DNA of 63,444 nucleotides, filler included, from Sluysia triapertura (GCA_046118255.1; 5 parts of 5 records of this genome joined end to end with filler, not necessarily neighbours in it); one strand, 5' to 3'. Numbered from the whole stretch's first letter, positions 34,956 to 49,450 are shown. A program made the numbers and translations. Notes: generated from the letters alone by a model not told the origin.

Positions 34956-37900
34956 TAAAAATATTTTCTTAAATATTTTTTTAAATATTTTAGATTTTCA
35001 TATTTAAATAATTTTGTTTTAAGTGGAAAATGTTATTTAACGTAAAATTTAATCCTTTTAGGATCAATTTTTTCAACAGAAATATTTACTCATACAATGT
35101 ATATAGAAAGTATAAATAATTGTGAAAGCAAAGTTTAAAGAAAGTAAACATTTGAAACGATTGTTTTCATTTAATAAATTTAGTAAAGTTATTGCTTGTT
35201 TATCAATGTACGCATCTTATCTATAAATAAAAAAGCAATTGATATTCATAGTTATTTAATATTGAGCAATAATATATACAAAATTCTTCAAATTCTAGAT
35301 AATTCTAAGTTCCACAAAAGAACCGATGTAATCACTCTATTCACTGAAACTCGCATTAATCACATATTTATTCCACCTTACTCACCTCAATTAAAACCAA
35401 TTGAGGAACTAGCCTCTTCAGAATATAAATTTAGCGCAAGGCTTGATTTAAAAGTAAAGATTTCGGACATTTTTAACGAAAAGTTTATTGATTTTTTAGG
35501 ATGGTTTAGTGACATGAGAAGACATGTCGAAAAGCATTTGCTAGACAAGAATTTATCTGATTAAATTTAATCAAAAGAATTTTATTTTATAAAAATATAT
35601 GACTTAAAATTAATAATTTGGTGCTTTATTTTTAAAATCTATCCAAGTATTTTTTGTATAACTTTCTGTTTATGTTTTACATTTTTTATCTTTTAAAATT
35701 TGTTTATATTTTTGAACAATTTTGTATATATTATCGCATGATTCTATCTCATAATATTTTTTTCCCGAGTTATTTTTAAACTATGCATTGTTACCAGAGA
35801 TATCTGTATCCCGGTCCTTAAGGGATTAAAACCATAATAATAGTAACAATACATTTGTCTATTTAACTTATCTATACTTAAATAAAATTTATTTAATTTA
35901 TTTGGAACACATCAATTATAATTGTATTTTTATTTTTCAAAATAGAAATAATACCAAAATAAAAATCAACCTTTTACTTTTAAAGCTAAGAGTTTATTTG
36001 TGTTACAAAAATATATTTTTTTTTGCAAAAGTACCAAAAATTATGTATAATTTGATATTATAAAATAATTTAATGAAACAAAATTATACCAAATTTTGGA
36101 CCCTCTTAATGAATTATTCGAGTAATAATTGTTTTATTGATTATTTTCTTCTAAGTATTATGTAAAATAAAATAAAATAAAGATGTATTAACTAGTAACT
36201 GGCCGCTACAAATTTCTTAATCGACTTTTTGATGGCAACACAAACAAAGTTATTCTGTCAAAAAACGTACTCCTACAACAGCAGCTACTGAATTTCGGAC
36301 AAAAAATGACGTATTACTACGTCAAGGGCCAGTAATGAGTTAATAAAATGAGTGAGAATCTAAAAAATGCAATTATAAAATTGTATTTTTTTCATTTCGT
36401 AACACCTAGGAAAATAAATGATGTCATTTTTATTAACCTTGCGGAGGTCGCGGTCAAAAAATGACATAGGAGGTCGTGGTCGTACAATCAAATGTCACAT
36501 ATCCGCACATAACACATGCAACACTGAAACTAGCCGCAAAACCAGTGTTTCTTCTCGTAACATAACATATACATGCCTAGTTGGAGTATATAAACAAGAG
36601 TATTTAAAAAATATATTTGCTTTTATCTACCAGATCAGCCCCGACCTCTGCAGGGTTAAAATTGATTAATTTGATTGTGAAGAATACATGTACTGTCTGT
36701 AACTGAATATGTTCAGTTAGCACAGTAAAATTCCAGAGTAATTCTCTGTAAAAAAAGTAAAATTATTATTATATTATATCAATACCCTTATTATTTCGTC
36801 CATATGCATAAGTATCCTGTTATTTGCAATCGTGTAACCATAATTTCGAGTTCTTATATCCGTAGCAGACTTATATACACCAATGTTCATTGTCTTTAGA
36901 TGATAAACCAATTAGAAGCGGCTGCAATAAAAATACCATTAGTTGATGTTAAGGAACCAATTTCTGTAATCTTTATTTTATGATGATTTAGAAAAACATT
37001 TTGTCGCATGTGGTCTGGAGTTATTCCCACTAGAAGTATCAAAAGACTCTTTGTGTAGATTTATGGGTACTTTGTACAAATAAGTCACTCTGAGTCAATT
37101 TGTAATTTTTCGTAACTTAATATTGTTATTTTAATGCTAATTCTTTATCTTATTTAATATGAAAATGACTACTTATGAAGCGTTTTCATATGAAAACTAA
37201 ACGTTTTAAATGTGTTACAAAATAATCATATTGTAATGTTTGTTTAGATCGATTCTGATATTTTACTACAAAGTCATTTGAATGGAAAGAAGCACAATAA
37301 TTGTGTGAAAGAAAAATTTATTGGAGAAACCATAGAAATGGATCAAATTGTTAGTTATAGTTTTGTTAATCCACAAATTTATTTATTTGATTATCTTTTT
37401 GAAGCATTAATTTTATTTAATCAGAAAATATTTGGTTTTTCACGGTTTGATAATACAAATATTGTAATTAATATTGATAAAGAATGACTGCAACTTCGGT
37501 AGCACAGTCGTTTTTAAGAGATAATTAGATATTTTCATATTTTTTGATTATGTTATATTTATAATTTCTTTATATTATTAATATACATTATTTTATTTTG
37601 TTTGGTCTGGAACTTGGGAGTTGTGCTGGTCGCTGATACAAGAGATGGAAATGCTTGTCTGACTGAGATATTAAATTTTAAATTCAATATGACTGTTAAT
37701 AATAATTACTAAAATACTAGTTAAGCAACTTTAAATTCGAACTAGATTAAATATTTCAGATTTTACTTTACATTTTATCTTAGTGTTAACAACTTTTTAA
37801 TACTATTGGCTGTGTTTGGCACAATAGATCCTTTTGCAATAATAGCAATCGTCTTAAATCATAAGAGCTACAAAACTTTACAAGTGATATGCCACTTTTG

Positions 37901-38704
37901 CTACCATTTTTGAAATTTCAGTGGAAAGTGATTCGTCAACATTTGTTTTAAAATATTTTGAAATAATTGAAGTACCAGCAATTGGCTCGTTTCTTTTTAA
38001 TAAATTCATTTTCTGCTGCGTCTCTAAGTGCGAACATAAGCCACTAGTAGAACAACCAACGACCATTAGTATTTTGCACTGCCTACACTTTGCTTCATTT
38101 TTATTTCCATTCAGAATTTTTTTACTTCATTGTCAATAGATTCTATTGTAATTTTTATCAAATTTTATTAAAATGTAATTAAAATTTACTACATGCTTTT
38201 AAAGAAATTACTTTGACTCAAGTTTTACTTTTTTATTGAAAAATTTAACGGTAATGCAATCCCTATCTTTTTCTGTACGATCTTTTAAAATAATTTCTTT
38301 TAAATCGCGAAATAAATCTCGCAATGATTGAAGAGGACATTTTTAAATTTTGTTTTTGACATCTGAAAAGTCAGCCGACTCATGCATTTTTTAGATTTGA
38401 TTGTAAGTGCAGTAAAATTATCAGAAAATGTTTTATTGTGTAAAATTGATTATTTAAATATTATTTAAATATTATTTAAACAATTAAACGTAACACAAAA
38501 ATTGTTTCACGTATTTACAATTTCTAACTACCTTATGATGAAAACAATCCATTTGTCATTTGTTTTGATTTAGAAAAATTTCAATTTGGAAAATCTCGTA
38601 GATGTAACAGATGATAAACCGGATCCAAAATTGCAAGCGAAAAAAGATCGTCGAAAAATTATTAAGAAAAAGATTAAAAAGATTCGACAACGTATCAGTA
38701 CTAA
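29580..38704 (+). CDS. SCAPER: S phase cyclin A-associated protein in the ER, internal exons
   Basis: Exons 29580-29804, 30604-30762, 37248-37349, 38574-38704 join in phase: KHEDYERRHLEQL..PYANKKWCVLCNVMIDSDILLQSHLNGKKH..KKKIKKIRQR (coiled coil plus C2H2 finger). Confidence 0.85.
31462..32100 (-). mobile_element. Decayed mariner transposase in SCAPER intron
   Basis: LLHDNAGP...HHLPYSSNLVPT (HDNARPH / YSPDLAP) and a KIGK(W)APH remnant; frameshifts and stops. Confidence 0.85.
33706..33805 (+). repeat. (AAT)n microsatellite grading into (AATAATGT)n
   Basis: Direct reading. Confidence 0.9.
33894..34740 (+). mobile_element. Internally deleted piggyBac-like relic
   Basis: TTAA-CCC left end, subterminal tatatwtacgg repeats, acidic MSSDDESDAEYE start, P.E.F..FF remnant and Cys-rich tail remnant. 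Confidence 0.5.
35285..35564 (+). mobile_element. Tc1/IS630-family DDE transposase fragment
   Basis: ILDNSKFHK...FIPPYSPQLKPIEE. Confidence 0.8.
36188..36343. mobile_element. TTAA-flanked MITE
   Basis: Left end ttaactagtaactggcc; reverse complement of right end ttaactcattactggcc. Confidence 0.65.
36433..36659. mobile_element. piggyBac-type MITE
   Basis: Left end ttaaccttgcggaggtcgcgg; reverse complement of right end ttaaccctgcagaggtcgggg; TTAA TSD. Confidence 0.8.
37780..38266 (-). mobile_element. hAT transposon 5' relic (BED finger)
   Basis: TAGGGATTGCA terminus; AKCRQCK...STSGLCSHL BED-like motif. Confidence 0.7.
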
Positions 38705-39852
38705 GTTAGTTTGTTTTTATTTTTTAAAATGAATAAATATAAACTTTTATTAAATAATGAGAATGCTTCACATATCATGTATGTGCGATTGAACCAAACA
38801 TATTAACTGTGTACTGAAAATAAAACAATAAATTGAGTTACAGCTTGTGATGAGTCAAAACTCAAAATGATATATTCTAAATAAACACATTTCAAAACAC
38901 ACTGCATTAATAACATACAATTACTTGTCATCATGTGCACTTGCATCATAAAAACCTCCTTACAGAATCCACATAAAATCACACTTTTACAACAATTACA
39001 ATACATTGATCTTCATATAGACTACAAACTTGTTATAAATTATTATCATTATAATTACTGCTGTTTATAACACAGTTTTTGAATAGACAGTGTTTGAATT
39101 TTTTGAATTGTTCAATATGAGGGAAGTTGACGATATTAAGGAAGTGAAGTGAGGAAATAGAATTAGTTTCTATAGAAACCATTCTTAACTTAGTAGTGTT
39201 TGTTAGTGAAGGAAGTGCCCATATATTTAGAGTATTAGTAGCGGTTTTTAGTGAAGGACTGGTAGTATTGAAGACAATAGAAGTATTATTAAGTGTAAAT
39301 TGACAGTAGCGGGCCACAGTTTGGAAGTTGGAGTAGGAGTAGAAATATTCAGATGATTGTTATTGATAGTGCTATGTTTTTTCTTAAAGTAGAAGCAAAG
39401 TAGATATAACGTCAGTATGGGTTTGCCTACAGAGTACGACGTCCATATAGGAATGTATGCAACATTAAAAGAAGGGTCTATACTCAACACTATTCCAAGC
39501 GTTGATTTAATAAAACTAAACACACGGAAGATTTATTAAACGAAAAATCTTCGATAAATAAAACTAAATATATCTATAAAGATTATAAATATATATATTT
39601 TGAAGCTAAGATTATCTTAGCTGGCAAACACAGATTGATTTTAAAAGGATAAGGAAAAATATATGCAGATTTAGATTTAATATAATCTATATTAATATAT
39701 ATATGTAGTGGCCAACACTCACAACTTAAAATTTATTAAAACATTATACTCAACATACATAACTCAAAATTTCACTAAAACATAATTTCTAAAGCAATCA
39801 CACTTCTTACTATCGAACTACATCAACTCAATCATCATAAACAACACTCGAC

Positions 39853-39952
39853 NNNNNNNNNNNNNNNNNNNNNNNNNNNNNNNNNNNNNNNNNNNNTTAA
39901 TTAATTAANNNNNNNNNNNNNNNNNNNNNNNNNNNNNNNNNNNNNNNNNNNN
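39853..39952. other. Artificial contig linker
   Basis: N-run with TTAATTAATTAA. Confidence 0.98.
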
Positions 39953-42414
39953 TATTTCTCCTTTAAAATTAATTGCGCTGTTGAAAATCGTTCCCTCTAA
40001 TCGTAAACGCGGGACACGATTTAATCTTCTTGATTGAAATTTGACAGAATTTCTGGCGAAGAGCAATCCACTACCAATATAAACAATTTGCACCAGTGCG
40101 ATCGTGTTGTTGTCTATCCAAATGGCGAATTAACTTCTTTATTTCACAAATATGGCGACAATGGTTTCTACTTTAGCAAATGGTGGTTTCTTTATTCATC
40201 ACTGTCTTTATACACTCATATATATATTTTAAAATTTAATACATTAAAATAAACTTCTTTCTAGAAGTTTCTTTTTAGGTCTTTATAATATTATAATAAT
40301 AATAATTTTAGTTTTACTATAATTAAATTGATAATTTTTAGAATATATAAATTTTAACAAATTTTATAATAATTTTGCAATTTAAAAATCATAAAAATAA
40401 AAAATAAAACACATAAAATTATGTACACCTTTAAAATTATAAGCCTTGAGTTATCTAATCTTTTAGTATGTGCTGCTCCTTCAACTATAATAATTTATCA
40501 TCAACCAAGTACCCTTTTACACGGATCTTCATTGTTTACTTTATTTAACAATTTCTGATAGTGGTTATAAATATGAACATGCTGAACATAACAAGAAACA
40601 GCTCTGTAATCCATCCTCATAATTAACATAAATCTTTTGTCACTTTCTTTTCGTCCTCATTAATTCATACCAGATTTGCTCATCTCCATTTCATAGATAT
40701 TTATTTCTAAAATTCTAACATCTTTTATCAAAACTTATCGATTGACGTTACTTTCTCTGCTTTAATAATTGTTTCTTCAATGAAAGTGTCATCAATATAT
40801 GATCATATTATCTTTTGTACTTTTTAGTTAACTTAATAACTTTTACATTATTTCTTACTTGTTCATTGGATCATACTAAAGCTAAATCCTATTCTAGCCA
40901 TTAATATTGTGGTAGATCCAGCAATGCAAAATTTGAACTCTTAAGTCTCTATTATAGCAATGTTTTTCATCTTACTGTAGATGAACAAATAAGCATCAAA
41001 ATATTTGTTTATAGATCTAATTTAAACACCGGACATACTTTATTTTTATTTGCTGCACAATTTCAAAGACTGTAATGACTTTTCATAATAACCAAAACTT
41101 CTTTCTTTATACGCGAGCCAATCACTTTCACGGTTACTTTATCTTTACCTACATTAAATACATTTTATGCATCATTTTCTTTTAAATATAATAACTTACG
41201 TAATTTTTCATTAGAACAAATCACAATCTTTACAACTTGATCACTTTGGAATTATTTGTCATCATACCTTTTTCATACCTTACTGCATTACGAGAAAAAC
41301 TAATAATTACAAGTGCTAAGTCATTATTATTTACTAAGCAATAAATAATACTTGTTATTTGTTTTTTAGGAAGCTGTAGTACTTACAACCTCCTGTCATT
41401 GTTTACCGCATGACAATATTTAGTAAGATAACTTTGCTTTCGACATCTAAAACAAGTAGCATTTCTCTATATCCATTTAAAGATAATTTTTAATCTCCTG
41501 TTTAGTTACCAGCAATTTTTATAAGCATTAGAATTTCCAGAATTAATACAGTTTCGTACTATGATCCTTATACTCTATTGCTCCCATCTACATATTATCT
41601 CTATTAATATTGTTTATATTCTTCAACTAAAACATTGAGATTCATTATCTTTCGATACATTATTTCCATAGCTATATTATTTGATAAACCAGCTAGGAGC
41701 ACACATTTTTCTAAATTGTCTGTTTTTGCTAATAATTTTCTCACTTCAGATACATAATCATCAATTTTAATAATTGAAAGGATAAATATTGGTTTGAAAA
41801 TCTTTTATAAATCCATCTGATGATGAGTTGGCATATCCATATAAACAAATATCTATATAGACAATAGAAACGTCACTAAATCTTCAATTTATTGCAATGA
41901 TGTCAACATTAGTCATTTCGAGTGTACTAAATCTTCTTTGACACTATATTTGCTCAGTGTCTAAAACTTTTTTGATACAGCTATTTCTTTTGCAATCCAG
42001 GTAACTTATTGCTTGAAATTTAATAAAAAAATAAAAATTCATTTGGAGAACTCTTATAGAATCATTAGTTGGCTTTGCTAATTGAATGAAATATATCGTT
42101 TCATTTTCTATAAAAAACGAGCCTAATATCGGCCTAATAACTAGGTGCATTTTTAATAGGTGTATTTCTAATTATATATAATTAGGTCGTCTTAACATGA
42201 CAAATACTTATAAATAACACTTTCTTAAATAACAAATCAAAATTATTTAAATTATTATCTAAATCATAAGTTTCAAACATTGCATTATAATTTTTTTCAA
42301 TAATTAAAATAAAATCCACTGCCTTCGTAAATTAAATCAAGATATTTAAGGACTATATACATTAAATGAATAATAAATTCGGGATAAACGAAAGTATCAA
42401 CAGAAATTTAATAC

Positions 42415-42598
42415 CTCAAAAGCTGGTGACATAAGTCGACAAGGCCCACACCATTCAGCCCAGAAATCAACGACAATCAATTTTGAACCATTTCCTTCAA
42501 TATAATCTTGAAATTCTTCCTATTCAATTTAAAATTCATAAATTTACATTTATTAATTTCAAAACTAAACTTACCTCACTTTCAATTTCAGTAGCCAT
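42415..42598 (-). CDS. Thioredoxin, first two exons
   Basis: Exons 42598-42575 and 42519-42415: MATEIESE|[35 protein letters not shown]; WCGPC active site; 3' exons not identified. Confidence 0.9.
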
Positions 42599-44962
42599 TT
42601 AAGAAATAAAATAGTTTTTTCTGTTATATCACTTTATTTATTTTCGAATTGTCAATGTGAATTTATATTTACAGAAATCCGTTATAAATGAAACAAACAC
42701 AATCAAAACTTGCTACTTTTTACATTATTTTTCGTATGTAAATCAAAGAAACAAAAAAATTGTTTTTGTGTTTGTTATATTAAAAGAGAAATAACAAGAC
42801 TGGTTTTTCCAAGATAATAATAATTTATAAAATTCGTTGTCTCACATCAGTTTCATTTGTAGTGAATAAAATTGTTGTAGGTGTGTTGCTTTTTCTTAAG
42901 TAAAACTTAAAATGCAAAGATGGTGTGCTATTGTAAAAAGTTTTTTGCGCAGATTAAGTATTAAAGTTTTAAAATTTTGGTATACTGTGTAATTAAAATA
43001 TTTCTTAAAATTTTATAAACTACTTAATTTTAGTCATTTAAAAGTATATCATAAATGTAATTTTGTCATGTGATATATAAATATAAATTGTATGTATGCA
43101 AAATCTATTTAGAGAAATGGAAAATTTATAATTTATTATTTCTCTTTGATTTATAGCAAAACTAAGAAAATTATAATGAATGTAGATAATTATTGGTAAT
43201 TATAGTAATTATGCTTATATAAATTATTTACTTACATTATTATATTTATATTACATTTGTATTGTCAAATTTAATATCCGTATAGTTATATCACTTACAT
43301 TTACTGAAGTTATTAAAAGTTTTATAAAATATAACAATGTATCATTTCAGATTTAATCATACAATTATATAAAATAATAAAGTAACTGAATAATTTTTAG
43401 TTTTAAAGGTAAATTTGCTATTCCAATTTAAATTAAATGTTTTTTAAATATCAATACATATATATTTTTTATTTTTATTATATTAGATTTATTGATGAAT
43501 TCTTATGTCAATTGAAAAAATAACATTTCTTATATTTCTTTAATAACTTAGTACTCGTCAGTGATGTAAAAGATGGAAGTGCAAATAAAATATTTTTATC
43601 CAATGGCCTATCATTTCGAATCTTATTTTTAAATACCCAAAACCACTACAACCTAAATCAACGAAGATTTATTCTATGACAAAATTACCATAGTTAGTTT
43701 TTTGTTTATGAACTTAACAATTATAATTTAAATCAGATTCGTCTGCAGTATATGGTTTATAACATGAAGTAGACGTATTCACGGAAAATTGCTAGTAAGA
43801 CGTTTCCTTAATCTTGAAAATGCGGACAATAATTATATGTAATGGATTTATTACTCAGTGAATGGGTCTTTTATTCAATATCTTATATCTTTATACTTAA
43901 TTTATGTTTTTTACTTTTTTGTAAAAACTTATCGTTTAATTAAACTCTTTTTAAAAAGTAATCTCACGTTTACAATTAAACTTTTGATTACCTTCAATAA
44001 CTAATTAACACAATATGAAATCGATTTATTAAAAAATTCATTACAAAACGTAAACAAAATATGATAAAATAAATGTAATTAAAATGTAAAGGTGTAAAAA
44101 GTTTTTATATTTTTATGTTTAAAAATAATTGTAAAAATTATTAAAATAATTATTATTTAAAAATTTTTAATAATAATTAAATTAAAATTAATTATTAATT
44201 ATTTTAAAAGTAATCTAAAAAGAATATTCGAGAATAGAGAATTGTTTTATTAAACTAATTTTAAAAATATGTACGTCTTTATACGTACAACTATATAAAG
44301 AAAAACAAAGAACAGAAGCCATAAGTACTGTGTCATCAATTCAAAAAATTAGTAATCAAAAAAGGTAATTCAATTCATCACTGTTAGGCCATTAACTCGA
44401 AGATTATCAATTTAATACACCATTACTTGGTTATTTTCGGTGCTTCAGCAGTTATCAAGTTCATCAGCCATCTAGCAGCATTATACCCCACGTATACGAT
44501 AAGAGGGATTGCAATTTCCAGTTTTCCGAAACCAATCCATCAAATTACCTCTAAAAACACTCGAACATTAATTTAATAACTGAATTTGTAAGTTTGTTTT
44601 ATATGTGGGGTATAACCACTTCGTTTTGACTTTAATGTAATCATATGTATATACAAATTTATTAATAAATTTTCGTTAAAAAATAAAGTCGTAAATTGAA
44701 AATTAATATTTAAATTATCTTTTATTAAAAACTTTATTATTAAATTAAATTCAAAGTTTTGGAGAACTACAAAAAGGTAATAACAAGAATTAAACTTATT
44801 TATTTTTATCAAATCTAAACACAAATTAGTTTTTCTATTAAATTGTTTTGAGAATTTCTGAATTTGCCATGTGAAATAATATAGGACATTACTAAAGAAA
44901 TACAAATATGATAATTGATTTACATCAGAATTAAAATAAAAAAATATAAATTGAAAAATTAC

Positions 44963-45313
44963 TTTTTGGATATCTAGATCTAATGGTTCCATTGTCAAAC
45001 TTGCTAAAAGAGCATTTATTCGTTCGTAGTGTTCATTAAAATCTGTTGGATTGCCAGGACTATCTTTGAATTCGTAGAACCCGTGACAATGTTGACAAAT
45101 TTTACCGTATTTAGAGTACTGACCAGTTGGTGTAGTTTCGTATAAACAAAAAGCATTCTTGTAGTATTTGTCTTCATTGATGCAAGTTTGTAAATTTATA
45201 TGAGATGGTTTGTTGCTACTGTAGAAGAAATTTAAACGGCCAATTCCTGATTTTGCTTTTGACATGTCTTTACTTAGTGATGTTTCTTTATTTGTCAAGG
45301 CAACCGAATCCAC
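44963..45313 (-). CDS. Hypothetical protein exon of unknown family
   Basis: Coding-like composition, CxxC (CQHC), ending at a AAG|GTAATT donor; the rest of the ORF-track call is AT-rich and intron-like. Confidence 0.35.
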
Positions 45314-47174
45314 ATCTACTACATTTGGAATAAATAATTTGTTAGCCGTTGAATATGTATTAATATGAATTTATAAAACTTGACCATCAACTGTTATACT
45401 TAATCTATAAATACTTTCATCTTGCTTTATCATTTTATATTTCAAAGATGGACATGACTCAAACCTCGTAATATGACTTTTTTGTTACTTTTATAAATCA
45501 TAATAAATTCTCTCGATAGAACAAATCTAACATAAATTTCATTAATTTCAAAATAAAAACGTTTGTAACATTCGGATATACTCCATGTAATCCGTGAAAC
45601 ATTCTAGCTAAAACTAATTTTTTATTTGTGGTTAGCCTTAACTACACAAATTTTTTATTTACAAAATAACTATTCGGGTCTTTAAAATATCTCAATACAT
45701 AGAATTCATCATCACGTTTATCATATTTTATTTGGTTGCTGTTAACCGGACAAACAACATAACCTATTTCCAAATTATTTTTTTCATGAGAATAGAGTAC
45801 TATGTTAACTGATGGAATACTATTGTTGCAGTTTTTCTAACCTTACAGAACGGCTTACCGATTAGGGCTAGCCGTTGGATTTTGAATAAGTAAGAGAATT
45901 TTATTTGAAGATTAAAAACTTCTTACTGCTCACTGGTTTAGTCCTAAAGAGTATTGATGGCTTAGTTACAAAGCGCTATTAACTTAATGATGAAATGAAA
46001 TCTGGAGGTTATAAAACTTCTATAATTTTATTATAAGTTAGTTATGGTATTTTACGAAAATCCTATGAAGAGGATTTATATAAATTGATTTTTCGAAATC
46101 AGAATGAAATTATGATAAAACTTTGATGCACGGGCAACATTATGATTTTGAAGCTATATAAATTATTTGTACTCAAATATTCAAATGACAAAATTTTTTC
46201 TTACGTACGTATTAAAAAATACTATTATACAACAATTTAATAATTAGAATAATGTTGATTAATAGTAATCATAATCATACTAATCATAGTTTAATCATAA
46301 AAGTAATGGTGGTGAATAATAAAAATAATGATACGAATAATAATAACAATTATACCAGATTAAATAAAATGAATTGGTAATAACAACAATAATAATACTA
46401 AAATCAAACAAAGTACATAAATTCTTTACTCTTTTCCACATAATCTTTCTGCTCTAAATCTTTTTTCTCAACAAAATAAAGTTCTTTAAAATGGCTTATT
46501 ATAAACTAAAATTCTCTTAAATTAATGCCTTAAAATAAAATCGTTTTTAGTTCTTTCTTTCTTTAAATGCTTTTGAAATATTGGTTATATTTCAAATTTC
46601 TTTTAAGAGATTTGTTCAGATGTGAGTTATGGAAGAGCTGGTAAGAGATTCTTTGAAGGAAATGCTTGATAACTAAAATGTTAAAGGAGTTTTATTTTAA
46701 TTGCAATGTCTGCAATGGTTTCAAAGTGATAATTTAATGTTTTTAAGTGATATTGGAGATTGAATGTTGAGGGTTGTAAACTTGAAATATTATGGATTGA
46801 TTTTAAGACGTATATTTGATAATTTGAGATGTAATTGTGATTCTAATATTATAAGATAATGAATAAATGTTTTAAAAGAGTTTTTATATGTAGAATGATG
46901 ATTTGACTGAAGATAAAGTTTGGATATTGAAGGCTAGTGACTTTGAAGTGTTTTGAGGTATTAAAAATGGTTCTAGTGAATCTGAAAAAAATACAATATA
47001 AAAGATTTTAATAGAAAAAATAGGTTATGGAATGTGTTTTTATGTTCGATATGTTAAATTAAATTTGAAATGTTTCGATGTCGAATATGATTTTGATGTT
47101 ATGAAATTTTATATTTAATATGTTTGAAGGTAATAATAATTATGAAATATTCTGAAGAGTAATTTGTTATATTT

Positions 47175-47317
47175 TGTTGATATAGTTAGACTTCATAAAA
47201 TGGACTGACCGGGGATCTAACCCGGGACCATCGATTGCTATCAGCCCCCTCTAACGATTTTATTTTATTATAGTCAATTTTACCAAATGGCACCTTAGGC
47301 CTTTTCTTACTCCAACA
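47175..47317 (-). mobile_element. TGTTG...CAACA element, copy C, with truncated tRNA-Ala cassette
   Basis: Minus strand tgttggagtaagaaaaggcctaagg...gggctgatagcaatcgatggtcccgggttagatccccggtcagtccattttatgaagtctaactatatcaaca. Confidence 0.85.
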
Positions 47318-48889
47318 ATATAAAATTCTTAAAGCAATGGGTTTGCCATCACATTATATAGATTGAAAAATCATTTAGAGTTAAAATATTTACGTAAAAT
47401 ACCTAATTTTCGGTTGGTTATTAAGATCAAGCATAAAATCACGTTAAACTCTAAATTCATAGTTGGAACTTAAGGTCAATTATAAAATACTTATCAATAG
47501 GTAGAGTCTTCGGGTTGGACCCTTTATTATAAATCATTTCATATTATTATTATACTTTTATTATTTAAAAAATTTAATTATTGGTGTTTTTGATCTTTAT
47601 AAATTCACAATTGTCTTGTTTTAATTCATTGCATTTAATAAATTTGTAATATAATAAAATTTGGAGTTTTGGATTATTGGACGTTCGAATTGTGATATTG
47701 TAGGACGTTTAAAATTAGGTAAGTTTTTATTAGTGGAAGTAAGTGAATCTTAGTGAAACTCTTTAACGTAATAAATAATTGAAGTTAAATTAAATAATAA
47801 AAGAGTAATACGTTTTTATATAAATAGTCAACCTTATTCTTAAATTAACTCAAATGTTATATATTCCAGCGTTGGTCGCGATTATTTTTAAGCCATTTAG
47901 TATCCATTGACATAAACGCCGATTTTGCCAACAATTGTTTAAGTTAAGGCAAAGAGTATCTTCTATACGGTTAATCTTTAGAATTGTTTTCACGTGATTT
48001 TACAGGTACGCCATTAGTAAGTCGCATATTGTAAACGGACTCGAAATAAGAATTTATTTTGCTGCGAGATAGGCTCTTTTATTAAGAAAAACCCAACAAA
48101 AATAATAAATTAAACAGAAAGAATTAACTTCTATTCGTTATTTTAAAGATTTTATTAAGATTTTAACCCAGGCTTAATACTTAGGCTTTGAAACAAGTTA
48201 CTGATTTTACGTATAGAATTAATGCTAAATTTATTTAATCAATCTTACAAATATTATCTTACTTTGTTATTTTGAATTTTGACAATATTAATGTTTCCAA
48301 ATATCCGATATCGGTGATATAATGTTGCATCCAAAGTCCATAACGATAGTTCCGTAATAATCTGACTGATCTATTTCCTTAAAAATAATTTTTCTGGTCA
48401 AATTGCTGAAATAACACTTCTTTATCATTTTTAAAAAAAAATTTCTGTCGTTCTATTCTATTTTTTAACATAATTTCTTATAATTTCTTTTTTATTTTCA
48501 ACGTAATTATATATCTGTACAAAATAATAAATTTTCATTTTCAACTTTACTTAAATTTTTTGTATTATGAGTATTTATAAAATATAGCATTTAATAGAAA
48601 TAATAATTACAATTTTTAGAAATAATATAAAATTTACAATTAAGATTTATTTAATATTTAAATAATATTTGCAATTAATAATTTTCTAATATTTACAATT
48701 TGTCTAATATTTACACTATTATAATAAATTTAATAAATTTATTAGAAATTTATTAGAAAAAGTTTACTAAAATGAAAGTTTTTGGAATTATTTATTTTAT
48801 TTAAGTTTAAATTTGTATTTAAATTTATACTTCCTTAAACTTGATGAATGGTTTTTTAACAATCGCTGTATAACTTACAAATTTGCTGT

Positions 48890-49450
48890 AAAAATTTATA
48901 CTATTCTTTAATAATCAGATAATAGTTAATGACGACTTTTGAGAGCTTGATTCCAATAAATGCAGCGACGAAGAATGTGTTGGCAGTTGGGCTAGTACTT
49001 TTCTTCATGTAGCTATCGTGTAAAGCGGTATTGTGTTGTCGTTTAAGTCCTTTACAAAAAGCAGAAATTGTACTATAAGTAAAAGAAGACAAGAAGGATT
49101 GTTAATTTAGCCGTTGATGAAGGGACTAATGGTGTTAAAATGATCAAGCTGCTCGTGATGGTGTTTTATTATTGTGTAAATAAAATGCAAGTGTTTTATT
49201 GGAAAAACAAAAAACTTACACTTACAAAATAATATCTGAGTGTCGGTTCGCCTAATATGCATGATTTGTATCAACGCGGTAGATGTGCTATTAGAATTTT
49301 TTGAACAGAACTGCGACAGAGTAAGTAGGTTACTTAAGTTACGTTTAAGCAAAAACTATAAGAGCTGTGTAATGTTTGTTGTAAAAACATGTCCGTTTAT
49401 TTTTATTGATCTCAAAATTTACTTTTATTACACTAACCGTGTTACGATTT
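48890..49450 (-). mobile_element. Decayed gag-like zinc-knuckle region of a retroelement
   Basis: FCKGLKRQHNTALH resembles the BEL/Pao C..C...HxTxLH knuckle; broken frames. Confidence 0.4.

Noticed and set aside
39905-40093. ORF ending in X residues
   Set aside because: Runs into the assembly linker; no recognisable motif.
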